DNA of 64,000 nt from Stellaceae bacterium (GTDB taxonomy: Bacteria > Pseudomonadota > Alphaproteobacteria > ATCC43930 > CGMCC-115725). The notes under the pieces were generated by a model, which saw only the letters and a program-made list of their open reading frames with translations, did no database searches and was not told the DNA's origin. The stretch spans positions 5,721 to 69,720 of the forward strand of contig DATGFP010000117.1 of assembly GCA_035309005.1 (NCBI GenBank), given 5' to 3'. Below are positions 37,135-46,448 of this stretch, in pieces; the stretch's first letter is position 1; each line of letters opens with the position of its first letter. The translations under genes were made by a program, and so were the position numbers.

Positions 37135-39099
37135 ATGCAACCTTCGCCGATCGATCCGGTGGCCGCCGCCGAGTTCATTGTGAGGCGGCTTTACCGGCCG
37201 CTGCGGTTCGCCGACGCGGCGTGTTTCGCTGCCGCCGAGACCGAGCATCCGTTCGCCGGCGACACCTGGTTCTGGACCGACGACAATGCCAAGATCGTCG
37301 AGCTGCTGGCGCGCCCCGAGCTGTGCCGGCGCTATGCCCGGGAAACCGACGAGGTTCTGCGCTTCCTGCGGCTGATGTGCCGCGGCCCGTTGATTCTGCG
37401 GCGGGTCGGCTCGCCCCGGCTGCTCTTGACCGGGCAGGACGGCAGCGAATTGAGCTTCTACCATTCGCTGATGCACCTGCGCTGCGATCTGTCGCGCGGC
37501 GTGGTCGTCGCCGGCATCCGCTTCCACGACAATCGCACCGCCGACAACCTGCTGTTTCATACCAATTGCGTCGAGTTCACCCACCGCAAGCGGCGCTACT
37601 CAGTGCCGGTCGAAGAAGCAATCGACGATTTTGCCAGCGACCTCGACGGCCATCGGCTCGAGCTGCGCTACGCCGCCGAGCTGCGCTTCAAGCCGCGCCG
37701 GCAGGAGCTGCGGGTCGGCCGCATATCCTACCGCTACTCGATCGATGCGCGCTCGATGGTGATCGGCGTTGAAGCGGCGCTCGAGGTCGATCCCGGCGCC
37801 GACATCAGCGACGTCGAGCTGACGATCGCTCAGGATTATCTCAGCCACGGCCTCAATGGGGTGCGTTACAGCCACATCTTCGCCGGGCGCCCCGAGGGCG
37901 AGCCGTTGCGCTTCACCGCCCAGTCGCGGGGCCGCCAGAAATTGCCGGTCGCGGGGTGCGACTATTATTCGATCGTGCAGCAGCAGATCGCCGGGTTCGC
38001 GCTGGCCGCTCACACGGCGCCCCGCGAGCCGCAGCGTCTGGCCGAGCTCGAGGTCTTGGTGCGCGAGCCCGGGTTTCTGCATTTTGTCCGCGCCCGCTAC
38101 CGCTTCGGCGGCGGCTGCCGCGGCCGCCGGCTGGTCGCGGCCGAGAACAAGATGCTAACCGCCGGCGGGTTCTACCGGCGGGTCGAGGATTACCGCCGGC
38201 TGCTGCACGATGCCGCGGCCGCGCTCGGCGTGCCGCACGAAACCGCGATCGATTATAGCGTCTCCTACGATTACGGCGCCGAACTCAATGCCTTCGCCCA
38301 TTATTTCGTGGCGCTGGGGCAGCGCGGCTGCGGCGCTACCCTGCGCGACGAGGCCAAGTCGCTGTTCGATGCCTGTCTGGCGACATATTTCGACCTCTTC
38401 GTATCGGGCCACCAGCGCGGCGAGGATACGATCTTCTCGCGCCAGCTGGCTTTTGTCGTGTTGAGCCTCGTCACGATGCACCGGGCGACCGGCAGCGCCG
38501 ATTATCGCCACCGGCTGGGGGAGCTGTGCGAGGTGCTGCTCGAATTCGAGAAACGGTTCGACGACGTCGCCGGGGCTGCGGTGTCCGGCATACTGATGGG
38601 GGTCCACAGCCAGCGCATCGTCTTTGTCGATTGCCACAGCGCCGCGCTGTTCGCCCTGGCTCAGGCGGCCGAAATCATCGCGGATGCCCGCTTTGCCGCG
38701 GTCATCGATCGCGGCCTCGGCTGCTACTCGATCGAGACGATACGGATCGACTGGCACGACGGTCCGCATAAGGCCGATGCGATAGCCGTGGCGTGGCTCG
38801 ACGATGGCGGCACGCGCCACACCAATCACGGCTTCTGGAACTACCATGCCGGCTTGATGCTGCGGCTTTTCGCGGCGTTGCGCCGGACCCCCGATCCGAG
38901 CCTGCAGGCGGTGGCCGCCCGCCACCGCGACCGCATCGAACTCTTCGAGTTAATGATTCGGCACCAGATCACCCACTCGTTGGCGTCGAGCGATAGCACC
39001 GTCGAGATCCGCAGCTCGGTGCTCTCGACGGAGACCAACTCGGAGACCCAGCCCTGGGCGGCCCTGGGCCTCATCGAAGCCGCGGATGACGGAGAATAA
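37135..39099 (+). CDS. large (654 aa) cytoplasmic protein of unknown function in the glycan locus
   Basis: A long ORF with balanced composition and codon bias like its neighbours. I recognise no motif. FWTDDNAKIVELL faintly recalls (alpha/alpha)6-barrel glycan-active enzymes. Confidence 0.6.
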   Translation: MQPSPIDPVAAAEFIVRRLYRPLRFADAACFAAAETEHPFAGDTWFWTDDNAKIVELLARPELCRRYARETDEVLRFLRLMCRGPLILRRVGSPRLLLTGQDGSELSFYHSLMHLRCDLSRGVVVAGIRFHDNRTADNLLFHTNCVEFTHRKRRYSVPVEEAIDDFASDLDGHRLELRYAAELRFKPRRQELRVGRISYRYSIDARSMVIGVEAALEVDPGADISDVELTIAQDYLSHGLNGVRYSHIFAGRPEGEPLRFTAQSRGRQKLPVAGCDYYSIVQQQIAGFALAAHTAPREPQRLAELEVLVREPGFLHFVRARYRFGGGCRGRRLVAAENKMLTAGGFYRRVEDYRRLLHDAAAALGVPHETAIDYSVSYDYGAELNAFAHYFVALGQRGCGATLRDEAKSLFDACLATYFDLFVSGHQRGEDTIFSRQLAFVVLSLVTMHRATGSADYRHRLGELCEVLLEFEKRFDDVAGAAVSGILMGVHSQRIVFVDCHSAALFALAQAAEIIADARFAAVIDRGLGCYSIETIRIDWHDGPHKADAIAVAWLDDGGTRHTNHGFWNYHAGLMLRLFAALRRTPDPSLQAVAARHRDRIELFELMIRHQITHSLASSDSTVEIRSSVLSTETNSETQPWAALGLIEAADDGE

Positions 39100-39115
39100 C
39101 GGTTGAGGATGGAGC

Positions 39116-40195
39116 ATGAGCATCTTCTCGCGGTCGGCGCGGCAGCAGCATTCACCGCGTCGCGTAGAAACCGGGGCGCAATCGGTCGGTGCGCTGCGCC
39201 GCGACGAGGTTGCCGTCGCCTTTGAACTGCTGCTCGGGCGTCGGCCGATCCACCAGAGCGAAATCGAGGCAGCGTCGCGACTCGGCGGCCTTCGCGAGGC
39301 CGTCGAATATCTGCTCGCGACCGACGAGTTCGCACATCGCTATCAAGAATTGAAGAAATCGGGTGCGCAGGGGGCACCCAGCCGAGCCGCTGCCAGCCCG
39401 CGGCCGGCTCCGATATTTCTTGGCGACCGAGTGCTTTGCTGGACGCATCGCGGTCAGCGCCTCTACGTCGTCCCTCAGGATGTCGATATAACGCCGCGGG
39501 TATTGTTGGACGGCACTTGGGAACTGCATGTAGAAGCAACGATGTTGCGCTTCCTGCGTCCGGGATATACCGTGATCGATTGCGGTGCAAATATCGGATA
39601 CTATACCATTATTCTATGCGCCGCGGTGGCGCCGCACGGCAAGGTACACGCCTTCGAGGCGCAACCCGACCTCGTCCGCCTGCTCAAGGCAACGATCTAC
39701 ATCAACGGCCTGGGCCATCTTATCGACCTGCAATGCTGCGCGGTCAGCGACCGCCCGGGCAGCCTCATTCTCGCTCAGAGCCCGGATCATCACGGCAGCG
39801 GCAATGTCGTCCCCGGCCACTTCATCCCGACCTACGACGACAATTATCCGATCCGCATCGAAGTCCCGGCGGTGACCCTCGATGCCGCGCTAGGCGACCG
39901 GGTCGGGGCGGTCGACCTCATCCATATGGATATCGAGGGATCGGAGCCGCTGGCCCTGCGCGGGGCGCAGGCCCTCATTGAGCGCTCCCCCGGCGTCAAG
40001 ATCATCACCGAATGGTCGGTCGACATGATGGGAGCCCGGGCCGATCTCGGCGAGTTAGTCGCCTGGCTGAAGGGGCTGGGATTTCGCTTCTGGGTAATCG
40101 ACCGGGAGAGCGCCGAACTCACGCCGGTTGAGGCGACCGCTTTACTGGGATTGCCGCATGGCGACCTGTTGTTGTCCCGCACCGACCTCGGCTAA
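39116..40195 (+). CDS. FkbM-family methyltransferase with N-terminal DUF4214-like segment
   Basis: VIDCGANIGYYT...GKVHAFEAQP...DLIHMDIEGSE. The N-terminus is VAVAFELLLGRRP..SEIE. Confidence 0.8.
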   Translation: MSIFSRSARQQHSPRRVETGAQSVGALRRDEVAVAFELLLGRRPIHQSEIEAASRLGGLREAVEYLLATDEFAHRYQELKKSGAQGAPSRAAASPRPAPIFLGDRVLCWTHRGQRLYVVPQDVDITPRVLLDGTWELHVEATMLRFLRPGYTVIDCGANIGYYTIILCAAVAPHGKVHAFEAQPDLVRLLKATIYINGLGHLIDLQCCAVSDRPGSLILAQSPDHHGSGNVVPGHFIPTYDDNYPIRIEVPAVTLDAALGDRVGAVDLIHMDIEGSEPLALRGAQALIERSPGVKIITEWSVDMMGARADLGELVAWLKGLGFRFWVIDRESAELTPVEATALLGLPHGDLLLSRTDLG

Positions 40196-41280
40196 CCGGC
40201 CCCGATCGCGCTTCGCAGGGTGTCGATGATCCGACCGAATAATTTCTTGTCGCGGTGCAATTTTTCGCTCGGATGGGCGGCCGGTCCGCCGTCTTGTTCG
40301 GTCGCGCTTGTCGCGCCGGGCGGTGTAACGACCTGGTCCAGGCTGATCGGCCGCGGCAACAGCGCCAGGTTGATCAGCGGCCACGGCCAGTCGCTGGGAT
40401 ACGCGTTGATCTGCTCCCCCCAGCGCTCCCGATCGGCGATGAAAGCGCGATAGCCCAACCGGTCGAAGAAGCTGAAATACGCATCCGCTGCGTCGCCCGA
40501 TACGCGCTCCAGCATTTGCGGATGGAGTTCCGAGAGGATCATCGGGCGACACCGAGCCAGGGTCTCTTGCGCCCCGCGAAACACCCGCATCTCGGCGCCC
40601 TCGACATCCACCTTCAAAAAATCGAGGCGAGGCAACGCCAGATCATCGAGCGTTCGCAGCGGGATCGGCTGCCGCTCCATGTCAGGGGCCGGCGTTGCAT
40701 CGGCCAGAAACGACCCGCCGGGGTTGTCGGTAGCGGCCGACCAGGTTAGAACGCCCTCTCCCTGCCGATCCGACAGCGCACAGCGATGCACCCTCACCCG
40801 GTCGGCCAAGCTGTTGAGTGCCACGGTTTTTTCGAGATAGTTCGCGGTCTCGGCGCGGGGCTCGAAGGCGTGGACCCGGCCTTCATTGCCGACAATCGCG
40901 CTGGCCACCAGGGTAAACCAGCCAAGATCGGCGCCTACGTCGGCAACAACATCGCCGGGTCGCAACGCGGCGTTCATAAACCGCGTGCCCTCTTTCTCGT
41001 AGTCGTCCTGCAGGCACGCCGAGGATACGAAGCGGTCGCCGAGGTCGATCCACATCAGATAGCGGCCGCCGATGACCGGCGCGGCGACCCAGTAGCCGTG
41101 CAGCCACCGTACCAGCCAATTTACCTTGTTGGCGCCGGCGAATTCCGTGCTGTCGAGAAAGGTGTGGCGCAGAGCTTCGACGTCCGGCAGTTGGCGGTGC
41201 AGTTCGATCGCGGTCTCGCTCTCCGGCTCGCGACCGAGGAAAAGGCGGTAGGCCCAGACCACCTCATCACGCGTCACCAT
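40192..41280 (-). CDS. FkbM-family methyltransferase with N-terminal DUF4214-like segment
   Basis: VADVGADLGWFT...GRVHAFEPRA...DFLKVDVEGAE. The N-terminus is VVWAYRLFLGREPESETAIE. ATG at 41280, or GTG at 41283. Confidence 0.8.
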   Translation of the reverse strand: MVTRDEVVWAYRLFLGREPESETAIELHRQLPDVEALRHTFLDSTEFAGANKVNWLVRWLHGYWVAAPVIGGRYLMWIDLGDRFVSSACLQDDYEKEGTRFMNAALRPGDVVADVGADLGWFTLVASAIVGNEGRVHAFEPRAETANYLEKTVALNSLADRVRVHRCALSDRQGEGVLTWSAATDNPGGSFLADATPAPDMERQPIPLRTLDDLALPRLDFLKVDVEGAEMRVFRGAQETLARCRPMILSELHPQMLERVSGDAADAYFSFFDRLGYRAFIADRERWGEQINAYPSDWPWPLINLALLPRPISLDQVVTPPGATSATEQDGGPAAHPSEKLHRDKKLFGRIIDTLRSAIGAG

Positions 41281-41398
41281 CACCCTCTTGCTCCGCTGTG
41301 AAATCGCGACGCACCCGGCCCGCGCGGCCTTTCGTCACTCGCCAATCCTAGCCGCTTTCACTAGATGTCGCAGCGGGACAAACGGACCGGGTGTCGGG

Positions 41399-42490
41399 GT
41401 GATCTTTCTGTCAGTCGGTTTTCCCGGCCGGTTTGCCGCATGGTGCGAGGGGGTCGTCGCGCAACTGGTTGGTGCCCTGGGCGGCAGCGTCAGCAAGCTT
41501 GCCTGGCCCTCGATCGAGGAATTGACCCGCATTTGGCCGATACCGGGGGCCCTCGAAATCATCGCCCACCGGCTGATAGAAGCCACCAGCGACCATCTCG
41601 TCGTCGGATTGCACCAGCCGGATGATCGGCTGCTGGCGGCCCTGTCTGCGGCCGGAGTGCGGTTTCTCGTCGCGCTCGACGATCCGCGCGCCGCGGTTGC
41701 GGATATCCTGGCCGAGACCGGCTCGGAGTTGGGTCTGGCAACACGCGCGGTGGCGAATTGCTGCCCGCTCATCATGCAATTCGTCGCCCTGCCCGGAGCG
41801 TTGGCGCTGCACGCGAATGCGGCGCGGGCCGATCCTGGCGCCGCGGTCGTGGCGATTGCCGGCCATCTCGGGCTCAACCTCAGCCGGCCGAGGACCCGCC
41901 GCATCGCCGAGAGGATCGCGGCGAGCGAACTGACCCGCGCGCTGGCATCCGCGCCTGCCGCCGCGGCGCTCTCCACGCCGGCGCAGCGGGTCGTCGATGG
42001 CGCGCTAGCGGGTTACGCCGAACTGTTCGGCGGCGGCGTTCTCGACCAGATCGTCTGGCGGCGGGAGATTTTTATACTGCACAGCGAGGGGTTTGTTCGC
42101 CCGACCGGGATCATCGATGTCGCCGGTCCGCCGCGTGTCTTGATCTACGGCCCCTATATCCACTTGCCGCCCGGGCGATGGTCGGCGCGGATCATCCTCG
42201 GCGTCTCGCCCGATGCCGCCGGCAACAGCTTTCTGATCGATGCCTTCGCCGATACCAGGCAACTCGGCCACAGCGTCTTGGTTCCGACGGCGGGCGGCGT
42301 CCACGCCGCTGACATCGATTTCTCGCTCGATGAGCCCAGCGCGAAAGGGCTCGAAATCCGCGTGCTGGTGACCAACCAGAAGCCGCGTGGACGCCTCGCG
42401 CTCGGCCAGGTCGTCCTGCAGCCGCTGGCGGTGCGCCAACCCGACGCCTTTAGCGGTTCGGAGGCTTTCGAGGCCGTGCTCGACCTGTGA
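41399..42490 (+). CDS. hypothetical protein, paralog A of a tandem pair
   Basis: Aligns by eye with 42589-43623: (V/M)xFxxxGxPGRFAxWC, VALDDPR, MPGAL.LHA, W.RE.F, GP.I.LPPG.WS. The start is taken as GTG at 41399 by alignment with the paralog. The track ORF begins at 41288. Confidence 0.55.
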   Translation: MIFLSVGFPGRFAAWCEGVVAQLVGALGGSVSKLAWPSIEELTRIWPIPGALEIIAHRLIEATSDHLVVGLHQPDDRLLAALSAAGVRFLVALDDPRAAVADILAETGSELGLATRAVANCCPLIMQFVALPGALALHANAARADPGAAVVAIAGHLGLNLSRPRTRRIAERIAASELTRALASAPAAAALSTPAQRVVDGALAGYAELFGGGVLDQIVWRREIFILHSEGFVRPTGIIDVAGPPRVLIYGPYIHLPPGRWSARIILGVSPDAAGNSFLIDAFADTRQLGHSVLVPTAGGVHAADIDFSLDEPSAKGLEIRVLVTNQKPRGRLALGQVVLQPLAVRQPDAFSGSEAFEAVLDL

Positions 42491-42588
42491 GCGCCTTCCT
42501 GTGAGCGCCGAGCCTGTGGCGGGCCACGGTGACACCACGGCAGCGATTGGCTAGAAGAGGCCGCCTGACGCAACGCGAAGCGGGCGCG

Positions 42589-43623
42589 ATGTTCTTTTTT
42601 GTCTTCGGATTGCCCGGCCGGTTCGCCCAGTGGTGTGATGCGCTGACGGTAGAACTCGCTGGGCTGGCGCTTGGCCCGAACGGGCTCAGCCATGCCGAGA
42701 CCCTGGATCAACTGGCGCTCAACGCCCTCACCACCGGCGCCTCACAGGGCGTGGTGGCGGCGCGCCAGCCGGGCGGGAAGCTGCGCGCCGCGCTCGGCCA
42801 TGACCGGCGGGACCTAATCGTCGCGCTCGACGACCCGCGTCCGGCGCTGGTTGATCTGGTGCTCGGCCAGGGCGTTGGGCTTGCCGCGGCGACGCAGATG
42901 GTCGCGAGCAGTTGCGGGGCGTTATGGGATTGGGCGGCGATGCCTGGGGCGCTGATCCTGCACGCCGATCGCGACGCGCCGCAGCCGGCCGCGACCGCCG
43001 CGGCTATCGCCCGGCACCTGCGGATCGCGGTCGATGACGCCGCGCTCACCGGCATCCTGCGCGATCTCGCCTGCGCCAGTCCGGTTCGGCCGCCGCACGA
43101 CACGTCGCAATGGTGGAACGCGCTGCAGCCGGCCGAGCAGCAAATGGTGATCGGCGCGCTCGAGCCCTATGTCGCGGACGAAGATCGCGAACTGTCGGCA
43201 ATCATATGGACGCGCGAGCTGTTCTTTCTCGCCGACCGGCCGACCGAGCGCGTCGCCGGTCCGGTCGACATCACCGGTCGGGCGCGCGGTCTCTTGGAGG
43301 GGCCGCATATCATGCTGCCGCCCGGCGCCTGGTCGCTGTCCCTGAGCGCGCTGCTGTCGCGCGGCGCCGTCGAGCATGAATTCCTCGTCGAAATCGCCGC
43401 GGACCGGCCGCTTGCCGCTGGGGCGCTCCGCCCGCAGCGCGACGGCCGTGCCCAAATCAGGCTTGACTTTGTCCTCGACGCACTGACAGAGCGCCCGCTC
43501 GCGATCAGGCTCAGTTCGACCCGCGCCGCGTTCGATGGCGCGATCCTCATCGATCGCGTCACCCTCTTGCGCGCGGGTGCGGCGAGCGCTGAAGCGGCAT
43601 CGGCGCCCGCCGCGGCCGACTGA
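42589..43623 (+). CDS. hypothetical protein, paralog B of a tandem pair
   Basis: ATG at 42589 ([17 protein letters not shown]...). See paralog A. Confidence 0.6.
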   Translation: MFFFVFGLPGRFAQWCDALTVELAGLALGPNGLSHAETLDQLALNALTTGASQGVVAARQPGGKLRAALGHDRRDLIVALDDPRPALVDLVLGQGVGLAAATQMVASSCGALWDWAAMPGALILHADRDAPQPAATAAAIARHLRIAVDDAALTGILRDLACASPVRPPHDTSQWWNALQPAEQQMVIGALEPYVADEDRELSAIIWTRELFFLADRPTERVAGPVDITGRARGLLEGPHIMLPPGAWSLSLSALLSRGAVEHEFLVEIAADRPLAAGALRPQRDGRAQIRLDFVLDALTERPLAIRLSSTRAAFDGAILIDRVTLLRAGAASAEAASAPAAAD

Positions 43624-43726
43624 ACCCACGGCCCGGTTCGCTGGGGGACGCGGGGTCGCGGGCGAGGCTTCGGACCGGGCGATGAGCCACTTCCCTTCGG
43701 GCAACGCGAGGGCGCACAGTCCGCCG

Positions 43727-44158
43727 ATGGATCACGCGAATTATCCCGATAGTTTTCTGCGCGACATCCTGACCAGCGTCCGCACCATCGCGGTGGTCGG
43801 CGCCAGCCCGCGCCCGCACCGGCCGAGCCATGGCGTGATGCGCTACCTGCAGCGGCAGGGTTATCGCGCGGTCCCGGTCAATCCGTTCGCCGCCGGCGGT
43901 GAGATACTCGGCGAGCGCTGCTATGCGAGCCTCGCCGAGATTCCCGAACCGGTCGACATGGTAGACGTCTTTCGCCGCAGCGAACTGGCCGGCGCCGCGG
44001 TCGACGAGGCGATCGCGATCGGCGCCAAGGTGGTGTGGCTGCAGCTCGGCGTTGTCGCCGCCGCCGCCGCCCGGCGGGCCGAGGCGCGCGGCCTCGAGGT
44101 GGTAATGGACCGCTGTCCGGCGATCGAGATTCCCCGCCTCGGCCTCAAGCCCAGCTGA
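43727..44158 (+). CDS. CoA-binding domain protein
   Basis: [31 protein letters not shown]...VDVFR. An alternative ATG lies at 43682. Confidence 0.8.
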   Translation: MDHANYPDSFLRDILTSVRTIAVVGASPRPHRPSHGVMRYLQRQGYRAVPVNPFAAGGEILGERCYASLAEIPEPVDMVDVFRRSELAGAAVDEAIAIGAKVVWLQLGVVAAAAARRAEARGLEVVMDRCPAIEIPRLGLKPS

Positions 44159-44163
44159 GCGCG

Positions 44164-44835
44164 ATGGCGTTCTGGCCGATTGCCGCGGCGCGCCGGCATC
44201 TGCGATCTCGCCCGCGCCTCTTCGTGTCGATCGCCTTCGGCGTCGCGGTCGCGCTGCTGGCCCCGCGCGGGTTCAGCGACCCGCTGCGGGCGGTGGTCGC
44301 CTGGGATTGCGGGGCTGTGGTCTTCCTGGCGCTGGCGATCGCGATGGCGGTCCGCGCTACGCCGGACGCAATGCGTTATCGGGCCGCGCTCGAGGACGAA
44401 ACGCGCTGGGTTTTCCTTGTCTTGGTGGCGGCTGCCGCCTTCTTCAGCATGTTCGCGATCCTCGGGCTGATGCGCGAGGCCAAGGCGGCGGGGGGTGCCG
44501 GACAGGTGGCCGAAACCGTCCTCGCCGGCCTGACGATCTTGCTGTCATGGTCGCTCGCCCATGCGATGTTCGCGTTGCACTACGCGCACGGTTTCTACAA
44601 CGACCTGGCCGATGACGACGCGCCCGGGCTGGCCTTCCCGGCCGAGCAGAGCGACCCCGACTACTGGGATTTTCTCTACTTCTCGTTTGTCATCGGCATG
44701 ACCGCGCAGGTCTCCGACGTGCAGGTATTGACGCAACCGTGGCGCCGGCTAGTGCTGGCCCACGGCATCCTGTCGTTCCTCTTTAATACCGTGGTGCTGG
44801 CCCTGTCGATCAACCTGCTCGCCGGGTTCTTCTGA
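44164..44835 (+). CDS. DUF1345-family membrane protein
   Basis: Four to five TM segments, HAMFALHYAHGFY and FLYFSFVIGMT. Family recalled from memory. Confidence 0.75.
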   Translation: MAFWPIAAARRHLRSRPRLFVSIAFGVAVALLAPRGFSDPLRAVVAWDCGAVVFLALAIAMAVRATPDAMRYRAALEDETRWVFLVLVAAAAFFSMFAILGLMREAKAAGGAGQVAETVLAGLTILLSWSLAHAMFALHYAHGFYNDLADDDAPGLAFPAEQSDPDYWDFLYFSFVIGMTAQVSDVQVLTQPWRRLVLAHGILSFLFNTVVLALSINLLAGFF

Positions 44836-44839
44836 GCCC

Positions 44840-45676
44840 TCAATGCGTCATCAGCACCGGTAGCGTCATGTGCTGGAAGATCCCGCGGCTGACGCCGCCG
44901 AGCACGTATTCGCGCAGCCGCGAATGGCCGTAGGCGCCCATAACCAGCAGATCGGCGCCGAGATCGGCGGCGCGCGACAGCACCAGATCCTCGATCCCGA
45001 TATCGCCGGCGGTCTCGGTCTCGGCGGTGGCCGTGATGCCGCGCCGAACCAGGGCATCGGCGACATCGCCAGCCGAGACGCTGGCGGCGCCCGCGTCGGG
45101 CGCGCCGGGCCCGACCGCGAGCACGGTCACGGCAGCGGCGTCCTGCATTACAAACATCGCGTCGTGAAGCGCTCGCGCTGCCTCGCGGCTGCCGTTCCAG
45201 GCGACGAGCACGCGCTGGCCCAGCGCTGCGAAGCTGCCGGCATAAGGCACGATCAGCACCGGGCGGCCGCATTCGAGCACGACCCCCTCCGGCCGCAGCA
45301 CCGGGGTGCCCGTGGACTCGGCGTCGGGGTTGGGCTGCCCGACTACGACCAGATCGTAAAGCGCGGCGAGCGCGGTCGCGGTGTCGGTCGGGTTGCTCTC
45401 GCGGTAAATCCAGTCTCCGGCTAGCTGGTGCTGCGCCAGCTCCTGGCGAAACGCCGCCTCGGCGCTGCTCGCCTCGGCGCGCTGTGCGTCCAGATAGGCT
45501 TCGACGAGCTGCATCCACCCCGAGAGATCGCCGTAGGCAGCTTCGGCCGGGTAGCCGCTGGCGCACAGCCCGGTAAGGCGCGCGCCGTGCGCCTTCGCTA
45601 GCGCGGCCGCCGGTGGCAGCAGCTGCGCGACGCTCGCGGCGCTATCGATCGTGACGAGGATTTCGCGGATCGCCAT
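44840..45676 (-). CDS. universal stress protein (tandem UspA domains)
   Basis: 278 aa with two Usp-like halves. The C-terminus is DLLVMGAYGHSRLREYVLGGVS. Confidence 0.85.
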   Translation of the reverse strand: MAIREILVTIDSAASVAQLLPPAAALAKAHGARLTGLCASGYPAEAAYGDLSGWMQLVEAYLDAQRAEASSAEAAFRQELAQHQLAGDWIYRESNPTDTATALAALYDLVVVGQPNPDAESTGTPVLRPEGVVLECGRPVLIVPYAGSFAALGQRVLVAWNGSREAARALHDAMFVMQDAAAVTVLAVGPGAPDAGAASVSAGDVADALVRRGITATAETETAGDIGIEDLVLSRAADLGADLLVMGAYGHSRLREYVLGGVSRGIFQHMTLPVLMTH

Positions 45677-45717
45677 CGTTTGCCTCCTTCAGTGTCCCGG
45701 CGCGCCGTTCGGGCGCG

Positions 45718-46431
45718 CTAGAGATCGAGCACCGCCTCCCGGCACACCTGGATCCGTCGCTTGTTGCGCACCGTGTAGAACAACGGCGTCGCGGCAGGTG
45801 CGCTCCCGTCGCGCAAGGCTATCGCGCGACGCAGCATGAACTGGCTGACGTCGCGGAACGGCGCCAGCGGACGCCGGCCAATCGGATGCCAGCCGACGTC
45901 TTCGAGTTCATCGGTCGACACCGGATCACCGACGACGGCGCTGCTGTCCGCAAGAAAAAAGCGGGTGTTGAAGCGGCGAAAGACTGCGGTCGGGGTGATC
46001 GCTCGCCCGACATATTCGAGCGCGTCGAGCGCCGCGGCGATGTTGCGTTCGGCATAGGCCGTCTCAATGAGGCTGAGCCCGCGCGTGGCGCCCGGCGGCG
46101 GATTAGCGGGCGCGCTGTCGGACGCTGCGGGACGGCCCACCAGCACGCCCGCCTCTTCCCAGGTTTCCCGCAACGCGGCGCGCGCGCTGTGCCGCAGCCG
46201 GGGCGGCAGCCGCTCGCCGCCGGCTTCGACGTGCCACGGCCGGCGGTCCTCGGGATCGATCGCGCCGCCCGGAAACACCCAGACCCCGGGCATGAATTTG
46301 ACATGCTCCGGCCGCCGGCCGGCTAGGAGCTCGAGGCCGCGCCCCTCCCCGCGCAGCACGATCAGCGAGGCCGCATCGCGCGGCCGCACGATCGCGGGTC
46401 TGGCGCGGACCGCCTCGGAAGCGTCGTTCAT
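45718..46431 (-). CDS. NUDIX hydrolase
   Basis: The Nudix box is FPGGAIDPED...ARAALRETWEEAGV. ATG at 46431. The upstream 383 codons of the track ORF overlap ggt and are rejected. Confidence 0.75.
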   Translation of the reverse strand: MNDASEAVRARPAIVRPRDAASLIVLRGEGRGLELLAGRRPEHVKFMPGVWVFPGGAIDPEDRRPWHVEAGGERLPPRLRHSARAALRETWEEAGVLVGRPAASDSAPANPPPGATRGLSLIETAYAERNIAAALDALEYVGRAITPTAVFRRFNTRFFLADSSAVVGDPVSTDELEDVGWHPIGRRPLAPFRDVSQFMLRRAIALRDGSAPAATPLFYTVRNKRRIQVCREAVLDL

Positions 46432-46448
46432 CGCCGATGCGCCGATGG

